A stretch of DNA of 64,000 nt from Zootoca vivipara (lineage: Eukaryota): NCBI RefSeq assembly GCF_963506605.1, contig NC_083289.1:27962001-28026000 (forward strand). The letters run 5' to 3'. The notes under the pieces are model-generated. The model had not been told where the DNA came from. It worked only from the letters and a program-made list of their open reading frames with translations, and ran no database searches. The position numbers and the translations under genes are program-made. This document shows, one piece after another, positions 1 through 12,652 of the stretch (positions within the stretch are counted from its first letter, which is position 1; each line of letters opens with the position of its first letter).

Positions 1-261
1 CGGGATGACAGTGGGGCCCTATTTGTCAGACTTCGAAAAGCTGGTATCACTGGATCAAGCTCATCAATTCTGTTGACTTAATTAAACGAGTTTAATTAAA
101 TTGAAATTAATTGAATTGAATTAAACTAGTAGTTTAATAAGATTTTGAATAAGTGTGAAATTGTTACTGTTCTGAATGTCATTGTGTTTACTACCTTCCT
201 TAGTGGATCATGCAAACAGCTTTTCTTAATACGGGGTACCACTGTACTGCTTTTTATAGGG

Positions 262-351
262 CATAGCTGCCAAGTTTTCCCTTTTCTCGCGAGGAAGCCT
301 ATTCAGCATAAGGGAAAATCCCTTAAAAAAGGGGATAACTTGGCAGCTATG
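262..351. mobile_element. 90-bp hAT-type MITE
   Basis: 15-bp TIRs CATAGCTGCCAAGTT / AACTTGGCAGCTATG; perfect 8-bp TSD TTATAGGG (254-261, 352-359). Confidence 0.9.
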
Positions 352-1697
352 TTATAGGGTAAGGTAGGAGGCACTGGGGATGAGTTTGTGGAACCAAGGG
401 GGCAGCCTGAAAAGGTTTGGAAATCACTGCTCTAGTTTATTAAAGAGGAATTTACATTCCTGCACTGTGGGGGGGGGTTTGAACTAGATGACTCTTGGGG
501 TCCCTTCCAACTCTACAGTTCCATGATTCTATGAATTTCCAAACTCCCAGAGCCCCTCAGCTATCAAAGGAGCAGCAGAAGGGGACTGGAAGTTCCTCCT
601 TTCTCCGCCACGGTCCACAGAGCTGCAGGGAGATGGCTGTTGCCCATGGCTGGCTGGGAACAAACAGTGTGGCTCTTTGAGCCACGTGTGGGCTGAAGTT
701 GAGAAGCTGCTCCGGGTTCCCTTGGCAAGGCCGGAGCACCAGCCGCCCACACCTATGCCAGGCCTGTGTTGCCACCCAGGAGGAAGAGCAGGGCTGGGAG
801 AACTTTTCAGCCTTTTAGTGAAGCAGGAGCAGGAACGGGCTGGAACTTGTCCAGTGGCAAACAATCAGGCACAGGCTTGCTTGAAACACACAGAACAGGC
901 TGTGCTGCAGAGCTGGAGTCGTGCAACAGGGAAGGTCACCCAAGGTCACCTGGGTTGGGCTTCGCAATCCAGCGCAGAGGCTGTTCCCAGACTCTGCAGG
1001 CAGGCTCCCAGGGAGAGTCCCTGTGATGGGTGCCACACCCAGGTACTCTGCCCTTCCCTCCCTTCTGCTGAAGCTACACAGACCCCGCCAGCCTCCCCAG
1101 CCAGTCCTCTAGGCACCCACAGCATGGTAACTCTGGCTTACGCTCCAAAATGAGAGGTCCTGGGGCTGAAAGCTGTGCCCTTGAGACCTCAGCTGTGTGC
1201 CAGTTCAAATAGGTAGGTGCCGGTGCCCCACAAGGAGTTGGGCCAAGAATGGCAATGGGTGACTCACAGGGTCCCCTCCCCCAACAACTCAATAGGGTCC
1301 CATCCTGCACTGCAGCTGAATCATCCAGCAGTTTCAGGTACCCTCAGGCAGAGGTGAGTCATTTCCTGTTAGCAAGAGCCCTGACTGGAAGCTACCAGGC
1401 CCTTGCAGGAGGGTCTTTCCCCCAGAGTCAGGTGTCACCTCTGCTCTGAAGCGGAAGGGGAAAGGAGCACAGGCAGAGTCATCCCAGGTGTGGAGGTGGA
1501 GGGGAATTTCGAGCAGCAGCCAGCTCTTCCTCAGGGAGTCCCTCACCTCACACACACCCCACCCCCAAATGCAAGAGGGAACCAGTAAGCCAGTTGTTGA
1601 GATTTTGGCGTGTGCCATACAACAGCCTCTGGGAATGTTGCCTTGCCCAAGGCTGTTATGGAGACAACGACACCATGAGCGCCACCAGTTACCATAG

Positions 1698-2050
1698 GTA
1701 AAAGGTAAAGGGGACCCCTGACCATTAGGTCCAGTCGTGACCGACTCTGGGGTTGCGCGCTCATCTCGCATTATTGGCCGAGGGAGCCGGCGTATAGCTT
1801 CCAGGTCATGTGGCCAGCATGACAAAGCCGCTTCTGGCAAACCAGAGCAGCACATGGAAACGCCGTTTACCTTCCCGCTGTAGCGGTTCCTATTTATCTA
1901 CTTGCATTTTGACGTGCTTTCGAACTGCTAGGTTGGCAGGAGCTGGGACCAAGCAACGGGAGCTCACCCCGTCACAGGGATTCGAACCGCCGACCTTCTG
2001 ATCAGCAAGCCCTAGGCTCAGTGGTTTAACCACAGCGCCACCTGGGTCCC
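1698..2050 (-). mobile_element. Sauria-type SINE, full length
   Basis: tRNA-like head with B box (reverse of GGATTCGAACC), (ACCTTT)n tail, TSD TTACCATAG (1689-1697, 2051-2059). Confidence 0.92.
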
Positions 2051-2053
2051 TTA

Positions 2054-2182
2054 CCATAGAACCATAGATTTGTAGAGTTGGAAGGGGCCCTGAGCATCAT
2101 CTAGTCCAAACCTCTGCAGTGCAGGAATATGCAGCTGTCCCATATGGGGATCAACCCTGCAACCTTGCCATTATCAGCACAG
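2054..2182 (-). mobile_element. tRNA-derived SINE with CR1-like tail
   Basis: CATAGAACCATAGA...GAGTTGGAAGGG tail; related pieces near 458-535, 17828-17890 and 39737-39800. Confidence 0.6.
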
Positions 2183-2622
2183 AGGTGGACATGAGAGAAA
2201 AGTAACTGCAAAACCTGTAATGGATAGAAAAGACTGGGAGCAAATAATTGCTTTTGATAATCTGAAAAGGCTGGACTCCTGTCTTCCGCCTTCTGCTCGG
2301 GTGGATTATTGAAACTCATTCACCTTTTCTGTATTTGTGTGTGGCCAGTTCCCTGAGCAAAATGCTGCTCTTGGGCATTCTGCAATACTGAATGTTGTTT
2401 GCAACACTCAAATGCCTTTTTGGAGAGTTCTGACCTGTTATGTCTACCTTGAGCTTTGTTTTGACAAATGAAGGTGCATTTGAGACACGCTTGATAAGTT
2501 GTTAAAATGTGGCAGCGCCTTTGTTCTCTGCTTGGTGAGGGGGCAGGACTGCTTGGGACACTGGGGTTCAACCTGCCTCTCATAGGCCATCTCTCTTTTC
2601 TTACCTTCTCTCCCCCCCCCAG

Positions 2623-5600
2623 GCTCCCCCCTCCGGCTCTTGACCCGCTTTGAAGAGCCTGGAATCACCAACTACACCACGATGCTGCTGAGCCCAGATG
2701 GGGGCACCTTGTACGCAGGTGCCCGTGAGAGGCTCCTTGCCCTCAACACCAGCTCCTTCTCTCCTGGGCCACAGCACCAAAAAGTAAGTGCAGGGTGCCC
2801 ACCGGCCACTTTAGAGCCCCACAGTTCAGATGGGCAGTGGAAATATGCAGGAAGGACACCGCTAGTTGACGGGCTGGCTGGTATTTCCATTGTACTGTAC
2901 CTCTCAGTCTGATGGGACCAGCAAGTCCCTACTCATCCTGGAAGCAGTTTGGGCAGCAGTCAAGGAGCCAGTCCTCAACACTGGCAGCAGAGGCTGCCTC
3001 TCCTTCCCCCTCTGAGGGTTCCTAGCCTGGGAGGGTTTCCTAACCATTGCCACACACAACTGCACTCTTTGGGTTCAGGCACAGAAACTGGCAACCTGAG
3101 GATCTTGGAGCCTGTTGTCTTTCTAAAAGCATGCTGCTTCAGCATTTGATTGAGGAGGATAGCTTGGAAATGCTGGTCAGCACCCCATAGCCTCCCAGGT
3201 GCCAAAGGAGGGCTGGGCAGCTGCTGCTGCTTCCCTTGGCCCTGCCCCATGGCAGTTACTCTAGATGCCCCGGTCATCCTCTTGGCATAGTATTTGGGCC
3301 ACTTTAGGGGAATGCTGGGGTTTTCCATTTAATGCATCTGCAGCCCTGGCACTGGACATCACTGGGCTGGCCCCCCTTGCAGCAGGTGAGCTGTCCTTTG
3401 GGGCTGGAGACTGCCACAGGCACAGATGAGGTTCACTGAGAGGCCCCAGAAAGTACCAGTGGGAAAATCAAGGAAGATTGGGAAATCAAGGGTCCAACTG
3501 GGAATGGGGCAAGAGGGGCACTGCTGGGGCTCACAGCCTGCCAAGGATGGCTCTGAAATGCCATTCTAGAAACCGCCCTAGAGGGAGGCAAGCCCCCTGG
3601 TCACTTCCTCTCTTCCTGTCCTGCAGCTGCTGTGGGGGGCTGAGGAGGAGAAGAAGCGCCAGTGTGTCTTCAAGGGCAAAGACCCCCAGGTGAGTGCTAG
3701 GGACGTGACTCCCCCCTCCCTACCAGAAGTGGGTCTGCCATTCCTGTGCCATGGGGGCTCCTTCTGCCCCTTGGATTGGGCTGTGACCTGCTCAAGGCAT
3801 CCCCTCCATTGCTGGGGGGCATTCTGAGTTAGGCGGAGCTCAAAGCTTTCCTTTTCTGTCCTGTGCAGAGAGACTGTCACAATTACATCAAGATCTTGCT
3901 GCAGCTGAATAGTACCCACCTGTACACCTGTGGGACCAGCGCCTTCAGCCCCACCTGCACCTACATTGTGAGTAAGCTTGTGGGGGGAGGCACACCTTGC
4001 TGCCAGTATGGGACCCCTCACCTTGGAGAAGCAGATCTATCGGGTTCTACAAATACAACTCCCAGCAGCCCAGCCAGTGCGGCAGTTCCCCCATCGACCC
4101 CTGTGTCACATGCAAGCTGGGGCTGGTGGTGGTGGTACCGGCAGTCCAAAGCATGTGGAGGACACCAGGTTGGCAGAGGCTGAGCTATCTCAAGAGATTA
4201 TCCCATGCATCCTTCAGCAGGATCCAAGAAATGCCCTTTGGAGTTGTTTGTCTTGCCAGGAGTTTCCACCACCTCCCTGGGCAGCCTGGCCCAGTCCTGT
4301 ATGGACCTTCTCGCACAGGATCAAGCCCCATTCATTAGGAAGCCTCCAGCTGCCAGTTGTGGGCAGACCCTGGATGGAGTCCTGTTTTCTGGGAAGGACC
4401 CACTGCTGTTGACTGCTGTAGTGTTGAAAACACAGCTCAGTGCTCTCACAGGCCAAGACCCTGGCAGGATTTGCACCTGGAGGCTGTGCAAGGGTCTTAT
4501 TGATGGCCCTATAGTTAGAGTCTACATCAGGCACTCCCAAACTCGGCCCTCCAGATGTTTTGGGACTACAGTTCCCATCATCCCTGACCACTGGTCCTGT
4601 TAGCTAGGGATGGTGGGAATTGTAGTCCCAAAACATCTGGAGGGCCGAGTTTGGGGGTGCCTGGTCTACATGTTCAGGGAGCCCCAGCCCCTTCTATTTG
4701 GGGTTAGTGGGAAGGGTTAGGCTAGGTCTTGTCTCCTGGCCTATTTGAGCTCCCAGACCTTTTTTTAAAAAAAACAGAAATCAAACGTTTTTGTTGCAAC
4801 ACCACCCCCAAATACATACTTCCAGGCATCTTCCTGACTGCACCATCCTCCCCTTTAGAACATTCCAGAATTCAGCCTGAAGCGAGAGGCCTCTGGGAAG
4901 CTGTTGCTGGAGGACGGGAAAGGGCGCTGCCCCTTTGATCCTGCATACAGGTCCACGGCCATCATGGTTGGTAAGGAGATCCTGGATTATAGCCAGTGGC
5001 TGCCTCCCTTCATTCCATGGAACCAAGGAGGGAAGGGCCTGGGCCACCCCAGGACTGGAAGAGTCATAGAATCATAGGTGGTGGGACGGGGACCCAAAGG
5101 GTCAACTAGTCTGGTCCCCTGCAATGCAGCAGGGAGAGGGGAGCCAGCCAAGTCTTTCTAAAGCACTGAAGAAGAGGAGACTGTCCCTGGGTGTCTGGTA
5201 AAGGGCTCTGAGGGTCTTCCCTGATGGGCATACTTTCTGGCAGATGGAGAACTGTACGCGGGGACTGTGAGCAACTTCCAAGGCAACGAGCCGACCATCC
5301 TGCGGAGTCATGGCAATCGCTCAGCCATCAAGACCGAGAACTCGCTCAACTGGCTGCAAGGTGTGTGGGGTAGTGTAAGAACATGAGAAGAGCCTTCTGG
5401 ATCAGGCCCATCTAGTCAATCATCCAACCAAAGGCCCCAAAGGGAAACCCTGAAAGCAGGATCCAAGCACAAGAGCCCTCTTCCCCTCCTGCGGTTTCCA
5501 GCAGCTGGTATTCATAATCATGGCTGCCTCTGACTGTGGATGCAGAGCTGAGCCTTGTGGCTAGTAGGCATCCATAGTCCTCTCCTTCATGATGCTGGAG

Positions 5601-8600
5601 GAGGTGGGTGAGCAGGGAAGCTCCGCTGCTCAGTGAGACGACTGGGGAGAATGCTTATTGCCTCAGATGGCTCAGACATCAAGACCTTCACTGGCCCTTC
5701 CCATGGCCTTGGGGGCAGGAGTGAATTCGCAAGAGCCTTCTTCAAGCCAAGGTGTTCTTCCACCAGCCAGACCCCCTGCAGCTCTGGTTTAGACTCCCCA
5801 TAGGGATGGGGGACTCCAAGATTCTTCCTTGAATCCGGGTAAATGGGATGAGGGAGCAACTGCAGAAAGGCCTGCCTCTTTGCCATCAGGAGGGCTGCAG
5901 CTCAGCAGCAGAACATCTGCCTTGCATGTGGAAAGTCCCAGGTTCAGCCCCCCATGGCATCTCCAGGTAAGGGTCGGAGAGACTCCTGCCTGGAACCCTG
6001 GAGAGCTGCTGCCAGCCAGTGTAGGTAATGCTCAGCAAGATGGACCAATGGCCTGTCTCTGTATAAGGCAGCTTCCTATGTTCGTATGTGCCACAGATCC
6101 CTTCTTTGTGGGCTCGGCCTACCTGCGAGAGAGCCACCTGCCCAGCAGCCCCCAGGGGGGTGACGACGACAAGATCTACTTCTTCTTCAGCGAAAGTGGC
6201 AAGGAGTTTGACTTCTTTGAAGACACTGTTGTGTCGCGCATCGCCCGCGTGTGCAAGGTGAGGAAGGCTTCGTCTGTTTGGGGACCAGGATATTTGCCCC
6301 CCCCCTTCTGCTCTTTGCAAAAGTTTGGAGGAGGAGGCAACCTGCCTTTCTGCTGAGCCAGGGCCAGCCCAAGACATTTTGCTGCCTGAGCCAGAGCAGT
6401 AAATGGTCCTCCCCGCCCTCTTTAAGTCAAGGTTCATTGTGCCCAAGGCTGGCCGAGTTATTTTGGCGCCTGAGGCAGGAGATTCTACAAGCGCTTCTCC
6501 CAGGGAGAAGAATGGTCATAAACTAATAAACTAGCAATATGCAGCTGCCCTTGCTGCCTTCTCTGGGCCTGCAGCGTCCCCTGGTGCCCACCTCTTGCTC
6601 TCTCATGCCTTCTCTCGGCACCAGCAGGAACAGCAAGTGGCAGCTGAAAGCTCCCAGCTGGGTTCAGCGTGGAAGGAGAGCTTAAAAAAAATTTAAAAGC
6701 CACCTTTCTGTCCTAAGTGGGGAACTCGGTTTTTATATGCAACAGGTTTCGACCTGTTCCTCTCAAAGTTTTATTGAAGCATTTCTTATTTATTGCATTT
6801 AAATCCCACCTCTTTCTCCCTGGAGCTCAAGGTGGCTTACATGGTTCTCCTCCTCGTCATTTAATCCCCACAACCACCCTGTAAGGTTGGCTAGGCTGAG
6901 AGATGGTGATGGGTCCAAGGTTACCCAGTAAGCTTTGTGGCCAAGTGGAGATTTTGAACCCTGGTCTCCCAAGTCCCAGTCCAACATTCTAACCACTGTG
7001 CCACCTTTTGCTGCAAGGTTAATCCCATACTGTCTTAGAAATAAAAGTGAATCCAGTTACACCCTCAAAGGACTCTGTAATGTAATACAACTTGGGACCA
7101 AACTAGATGTGAGCATCTGGGATGCAGGAACTTGCCTCCCCCCCCATTGGGTGGGTGGGTGGGGAGGGAAGAATAATTTGCATCTAGCTACATGTTCGCC
7201 AGAAGCGGCTTTGTCATGCTGGCCACATGACCTGGAAGCTGTACGTCGGCTCCCTCGGCCAATAACGCGAGATGAGTGCCACAACCCCAGAGTCGGTCAC
7301 GACTGGACCTAATGGTCAGGGGTCCCTTTATCTTTACCTTACATCTCATTTGGCCCCAAGTCTAACCGTCTTCCACCAAGCCTGTCTCAAGTCCAAAATT
7401 AAACGCCCATTAGATGTCCTTCCTGCCACACTGTGCCTTTTCTAGGCCCGGCTCTTGCAACTTGGCATGGCAGCACCACCCCTCACCACCTCTTTCTCTC
7501 CCTGCCAGGGCGACGTTGGGGGTGAGCGGGTTCTCCAGAGGCGGTGGACGACCTTCCTGAAGGCCCAGCTGCTGTGCTCACACCCCGAAGACGGCTTCCC
7601 CTTCAACGTGTTGCAGGACATGTTTGTGCTCACCCCAGGCGAGAGCTTGGCAGAGACCGTCTTCTACGGGGTCTTCACCTCTCAGTGGTGAGCAGCGAGA
7701 GGAGGCTGCCTCTGTGGGCTGCCAGGTTCTCTTGGCAGAGGGCACTGGGTGCATGCCCCATTACTTCTGCATGCCTGTGGGTTCCTGACTGCCCCATTTA
7801 CTTATTTTTTGTCGATTATTTTTTATTCAGTTTTCAAATTTATAACACATCAACGCCAAATTAAAACGAATACATCCCCCCCCCCAAAAAAACCTGGCTT
7901 CTTGCTCTCTCAGATATTTCAATTTCTTCCCCTTTTACATGCTGCTTAAGTAACAGATTTATCTCTAATTAACACCTATTTTTCTTTAGCAAATTCCTCA
8001 TCCCTCAGCTGTGCCTGTACCAACTCTTGCATGTAGATCAAACAAAATTATATCAAATGACAAGTGAGGTTATCGTAGTTTAAATCTTTCATTCTTATTT
8101 CTCGACTGTCCCATCCTTGACCCTCCTTCTCCTTCCTCCTCTCTCCCAGGGACAGGAAGGGCACTGGGGGCGCAGCAGTCTGTGCCTTCTCCAAGGCGCA
8201 TGTGGAGGATGCCTTCAGTGGGCTCTACAAGGAAGTCAACCGGGAGACCCAACAGTGGTATACGGACACCCACCCTGTGCCGGAGCCCCGACCTGGAGCG
8301 GTATGTCCATCACCCAGCAACCAGCTCCATGGGCTTGGGGGTGGGAAGGCCTTGGGACTAATGCTGGTGGGTCTGCCTGCCCTCCACCTTGAAGGCTACC
8401 AGGCTTTTGCCTTCGGCTTTTGCCTTCGGTCCTGCAGAGCATAGGGGCTGCCAGAGTCCATTGCTGGACAACCTAAGCTCACTTCAAGACGGCTCTTCTT
8501 TTCCAATCCCCCTGCCCACAGTGCATTAACAACCAGGCCCGGCGGATGAAGATCAACTCCTCACTCCAGATGCCCGACCGGGTGCTCAACTACCTCAAGG

Positions 8601-11600
8601 ACCACTTCCTGATGAGCAGCCCCATCCGGAGCAAGCCACTCTTCCTCCTGCAGGGTCATGCCCGCTACCAGCAGATCAGCGTCCAGCGTGTCCAAGGCCT
8701 GCACCGGGCCTACGATGTCTTGTTCTTGGGCACAGGTGGGTGGTGATGATGGCGGTGGCGGTGGTTGGGAGGAGGGAGGCAGGGGGAGGCCCTCTGGCAA
8801 TGGCTAGAATGTCAGGAGGAGGAAGAGATGGTTCATAGCTGGGCAAGGGGAAGGATGGACCCTCCAAGGTGCTGGCTGCCTCTCATCTGCGCTTCCTGGA
8901 GGAGAGGGTTATTATTAATAATAATTTACACACACACACACACCGCCCATCTGGCTGGGTTTCCCCAGACACTCTGGGTAGCTTGCAGCACATAAAAATT
9001 GTAAAACATCAGACGTTAACATTTCCCGATACAAGGCTGCCTTCAGATGTCTTCTAGAAGTCAGATAGTTGTTTATTTCCTTGGCATCTGATGGGAGGAC
9101 ATTCCACGGGGTGGGTGCCACTACTGAGAAGGTCCTCTGCCTTCCATGACTACCAGCCACGATGGGTATGTGCTGCTTCCACGGTCAAGAGGCAGCAATG
9201 CTTCTGCATGCCAGTGGCTGGAAACCGTAGGAGGGGAGAGGGCTCTTGTGCTCAGGTCCTCCTCGTGGGTTTCCCGCAATGGGCATCTGGTTGGCTGCTG
9301 TGAACACAGGAGGCCAGACTAGATGGGCCATTGGCCTGATCTTCTCCTGGAAACTTGCTCCAAGCATCCTTAGAGAGGAGGCATCCTTAGAGAGCAAGGC
9401 TGCGTCCTGAGTACTCTTGGAGGTGCCCCGGGTTCTATCCTGCCTATCATGGAACCCAAGGGAGCAGGCTCTCAGGAGGTCCCCCACCCAGGCCCTGACC
9501 AGGCTTGGGCCTGCTTATCTTCAGCAAGGTGGTGATGGTGACCTCCTCCACCTTCTCCATTGCCTGGACTGCTGTAGCTGCCCTGTGGTGGCTGGGAGAG
9601 ACCTGTTTAGGGAAGTTTTTAATGTTTGATGTTTTATTGTATTTTTAATATATTGTTGGAAGCCGCCCAGAGTGGCTGGGGAAACCCAGCCAGATGGGCG
9701 GGGTATAAATTATTATTATTATTATTATTATTATTACACTCCAAGTCTCTCATTCTACAGCTGGCTTCTTTGTTCTCGCTGCTGCCTTCAGAATTTCCCT
9801 GTTTCAATTTGCCGTGTGTGTTACGATTCTTTAAGACGCCTATTGAGGGATCTGCATCAGGCCAAAGAAGCTGGGGGAGGAATTAGAGACTGCTGAATTT
9901 AAAGGTGGGAGAGGTCAGTGGGAGAGTGTTGCAGAGTGAGGCACATCTTGCCTTAAAGGCTGTTGATGGGATAGCCCAGGGTTCCCCAAACTTGGGTCTC
10001 CAACTGTTTTTTGGACTACATCTCCCATCTTCTCTAGCTAACAGGACCAACGGTCAGGGGTTATGGGAATTGTAGTCCAAGAGCAGCTGGAGACCCAAGT
10101 TTGGGAAACCTTGGTCTAGCCCAACCTAAGGCCAGCCTGGCCACAAAGGGGATTCTGTGTCGTTTCCACTTACTCAGAATAGCAGGCAGGAAAATGCCCA
10201 ACAGCAGGAGAGACCAGGCTGTCGGGTGACTGGGAAGGCTTTTGGCTTCTCTTGGTTGGGACCTCCAGACTTCAAACATGCAGGTTTTGGTTCTCTGTGG
10301 CTGGCCCTGGACAGGTGGGGAGGGAGAGAATGGAGCTCTGCCGTGTGGGACTGGCCGGCAGGGTGGGAGACAGCTGTTTGCCCTGGCCCTCATTGCTGGG
10401 TTCCCCTTTCTGCTTTGCAGATGACGGCTGGCTGCACAAGGCCGTGGTGACGGAGCAGCAGGTCCAAATCATTGAAGAGATCCAGCTCTTCCCTGCTGGG
10501 CAGCCTGTCCTCAAGCTGCTTCTGGACCCTGCCCAGGTAAGACAGAGGGGCATCCTGGGAAACTCCCACCAGCATCCTCATCAGAAGAGGGAAGTCGTCT
10601 CCACAAGAGAGAGAGAAGTGGTCAATCTAGAGGTTGTGTGCCTTTCAAGAGGACTCAGCCCTGAGCTTCAAAGCGAGGGTTCCCTCCTCAATGGCTGCTG
10701 TAGATCCACCCTTGCCTTGATCTGCATGGGCACCTGGGGTCTCTGGAGGGAAAGGTGTGCCATATCTTGCCTCCACACCTTCCCAGAAACGTCACTCTGT
10801 GCTAGCCTGGACTCAGGCATATCCTGCTGAAGAAGCAGGGACCCCCTTAGCTAGGCACAGTGGGCAGGACTTGCTACAAGGGCTGGTTTTGAGAGCTTCT
10901 GTTGCCTGATGGCCAGCTGCTCTGCCCACAGGGGTCAGGTGCTGCAAGACTGGCTTGTGGCCACTGGAGACCCTCTGACAGGTGACCTACAGGGGGCACG
11001 GTGGGTCTGCTCTGTGGAACGAGCCTGACTTCGCTCCTCCTGTCCTCCCCGCAGGGCCTCCTTTATGCTGCCTCCTACAATGCGCTCGTCCAAGTGCCGC
11101 TCTCCAACTGCAGCATGTACCGGACCTGTGCCGAATGCATCCTGTCTCGGGACCCCTTCTGCATCTGGAGCGGAGGGGCCTGCCATCCACTTCTCCCAGA
11201 CCGCTCATGGCCCCATGCAGGGTGAGTGCTTCTTCCACCAGGGTTAAGTGGGGGTGCCTATCTCCTTCCTCCCCTTCCCCCTCAACCCATGGGTGGCCTC
11301 TGCCCCCTCCCTCCTTGCCTCTCCCTTCACCATTACTGCCTCCATCTCTCACCAGGCCCGGCTGGCTTCAGGACATCGAAGGGGCTGATGCCACCCAGCT
11401 TTGCCAGGCGGACAATGGACAGCCCAGCCGCTCAGCCACAGGTAAAGACCAAAGCTGGGGTGGGGGCTTTGAGGACTCTGGGGACAAAGAGGGAAAATGA
11501 GATGAGGGGTTACAGGCACTCTCTTTCTGGCTCTGTCCTGCCTGCTGGCCTAGAGTCTCTCTGGCAACTTATTTATTTATCACATTTATATTCCACCTTT

Positions 11601-12652
11601 CCTTCAAGCAGCTCAAGGTGGCATACATTCTTCTGTTCCCCGCAATTTTATCCTCAGAACAACCCTGTGAGGTAGACTAGGCTGAGAGACAGTGACTGGC
11701 TCAAGGCCATGCCCAGTGAATTTGATGGGTGGGAGGGGATTTGAACGCTGGTCTCCCAGGCCCCAGTCTGACACTGCACTGGGTCTCCTGGGCTCAGCTG
11801 CCTGGCAGCCTCCCCGTGTTACCCAGGGCCTGACTGGTGGGTGCCCCTTCTCTCCCCTCTGCAGAAAAGTCCCAGTGCCAAGCGGTGGTGATCTTGGGCT
11901 CCAGCGCTGTGCAGACGCTCCCTTGCCCGCAGCTCTCCAACCTGGCTTCTCGGCACTGGCTGCACAATGGGGTTGCCATCAACACCTCGGCTGTCCTGGT
12001 GCTTCCCGAAGGGGAGCTGGTGCTTATGGGCAGCCCAACCCAGGCAGGACGCTATGACTGCTGGTCACAGGAAGGTGGCTTCTGGCAGCTGATGGCCAGT
12101 TACTGTGTGCGGGTTGAGCCCACTCTGGGAGCCCGGATTGTGCCCCTCCAGAACCCCCTGGAGACCATCAGCACCTCCAGGAGCGTCTCGGCGGCGGCCG
12201 CGGGGAGCAGCATGTCGGCTCTGCTGGAGGGCAAGACCTACTGGACGGAGTTCCTAGTGATGTGCGTGGCCTTTGCCGTCACAGTGACATTCCTGACCCT
12301 CTTTGTGCTGCACCGGCACCGCAACGCCGTGAAGACCTTCCTCAAGCAGGGCAAGTGCACCAGCGCCCATCCCAAGAAACCCCGCAAGATGGGGCTTCCC
12401 GCAGAGAACTTGCCCCTTAACGGGGCCCATACACCCAGTGCCATCCTAGACCACAAGGGCTACCAGGCCCTCCACGACAGCCATGCGGCCAACACGCCTC
12501 TGCATGCTGCTCCGGCGGCGCAGCCCAGCGTGGCCTTCTCGGAGTCCGACCGACGCCCGCTCAGCGTCCACGAAAGCGTCATGGAGGTGTTGACTCCCAC
12601 CCAGCGGCCACGTGTGCGCCTCGGCTCCGAGATCCGGGACTCTGTCGTATGA
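2623..12652 (+). CDS. SEMA4B: Semaphorin-4B, 5'-partial (exon 1 upstream of window)
   Basis: Phase-consistent GT-AG exons: 2623-2783, 3627-3689, 3869-3967, 4859-4970, 5244-5360, 6097-6257, 7509-7687, 8150-8300, 8522-8735, 10421-10536, 11055-11221, 11356-11441, 11865-12652. Sema-domain motifs ([51 protein letters not shown]), PSI ([12 protein letters not shown]), Ig, TM (YWTEFLVMC...) and C-terminal PDZ ligand [11 protein letters not shown] typical of SEMA4B. Confidence 0.96.
4528..4663. mobile_element. Palindromic hAT MITE
   Basis: CAGGCAC...GTGCCTG with long inverted arms; perfect TSD GTCTACAT. Confidence 0.93.
5908..6089 (+). mobile_element. Squamate tRNA-derived SINE
   Basis: GGTTCAGCCCC B-box region, CCCTGGAGAGCTGCTGCCAG core and TATAAGGCAGCTTCCTATGTT tail; homologous to 29085-29250 and 43385-43543. 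Confidence 0.75.
6790..7005 (-). mobile_element. Old tRNA-derived SINE
   Basis: CAACCACCCTGTAAGGTTGG...TTTGAACCCTGGTCTCCC; homologous to 11570-11780 and 53430-53760. Confidence 0.65.
7194..7341 (+). mobile_element. Sauria-type SINE, 5'-truncated
   Basis: Reverse complement of part of 1698-1840; ends GGTCCCTTTATCTTTACCTT. Confidence 0.88.
8911..9145 (-). mobile_element. L2-like LINE 3' end
   Basis: The minus frame reads [15 protein letters not shown]...[11 protein letters not shown], the L2 ORF2 C-terminal signature, followed by the tail. Confidence 0.75.
9598..9736 (+). mobile_element. L2-like 3' end with (TTA)n tail
   Basis: GCCGCCCAGAGTGGCTGGGGAAACCCAGCCAGATGGGCGGGGTATAAAT(TAT)n; inverted homologue of 8940-9035. 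Confidence 0.75.
9977..10113. mobile_element. Palindromic hAT MITE (diverged)
   Basis: Same family as 4528-4663; degenerate TSD GGATAGCC / GTCTAGCC. Confidence 0.85.

Noticed and set aside
60-145. AT-rich TTAATTAA-like stretch
   Set aside because: Low-complexity intronic sequence with no consistent period or assignable function.
1960-2050. tRNA-like A and B boxes as a tRNA gene
   Set aside because: They form the head of a SINE flanked by a TSD.
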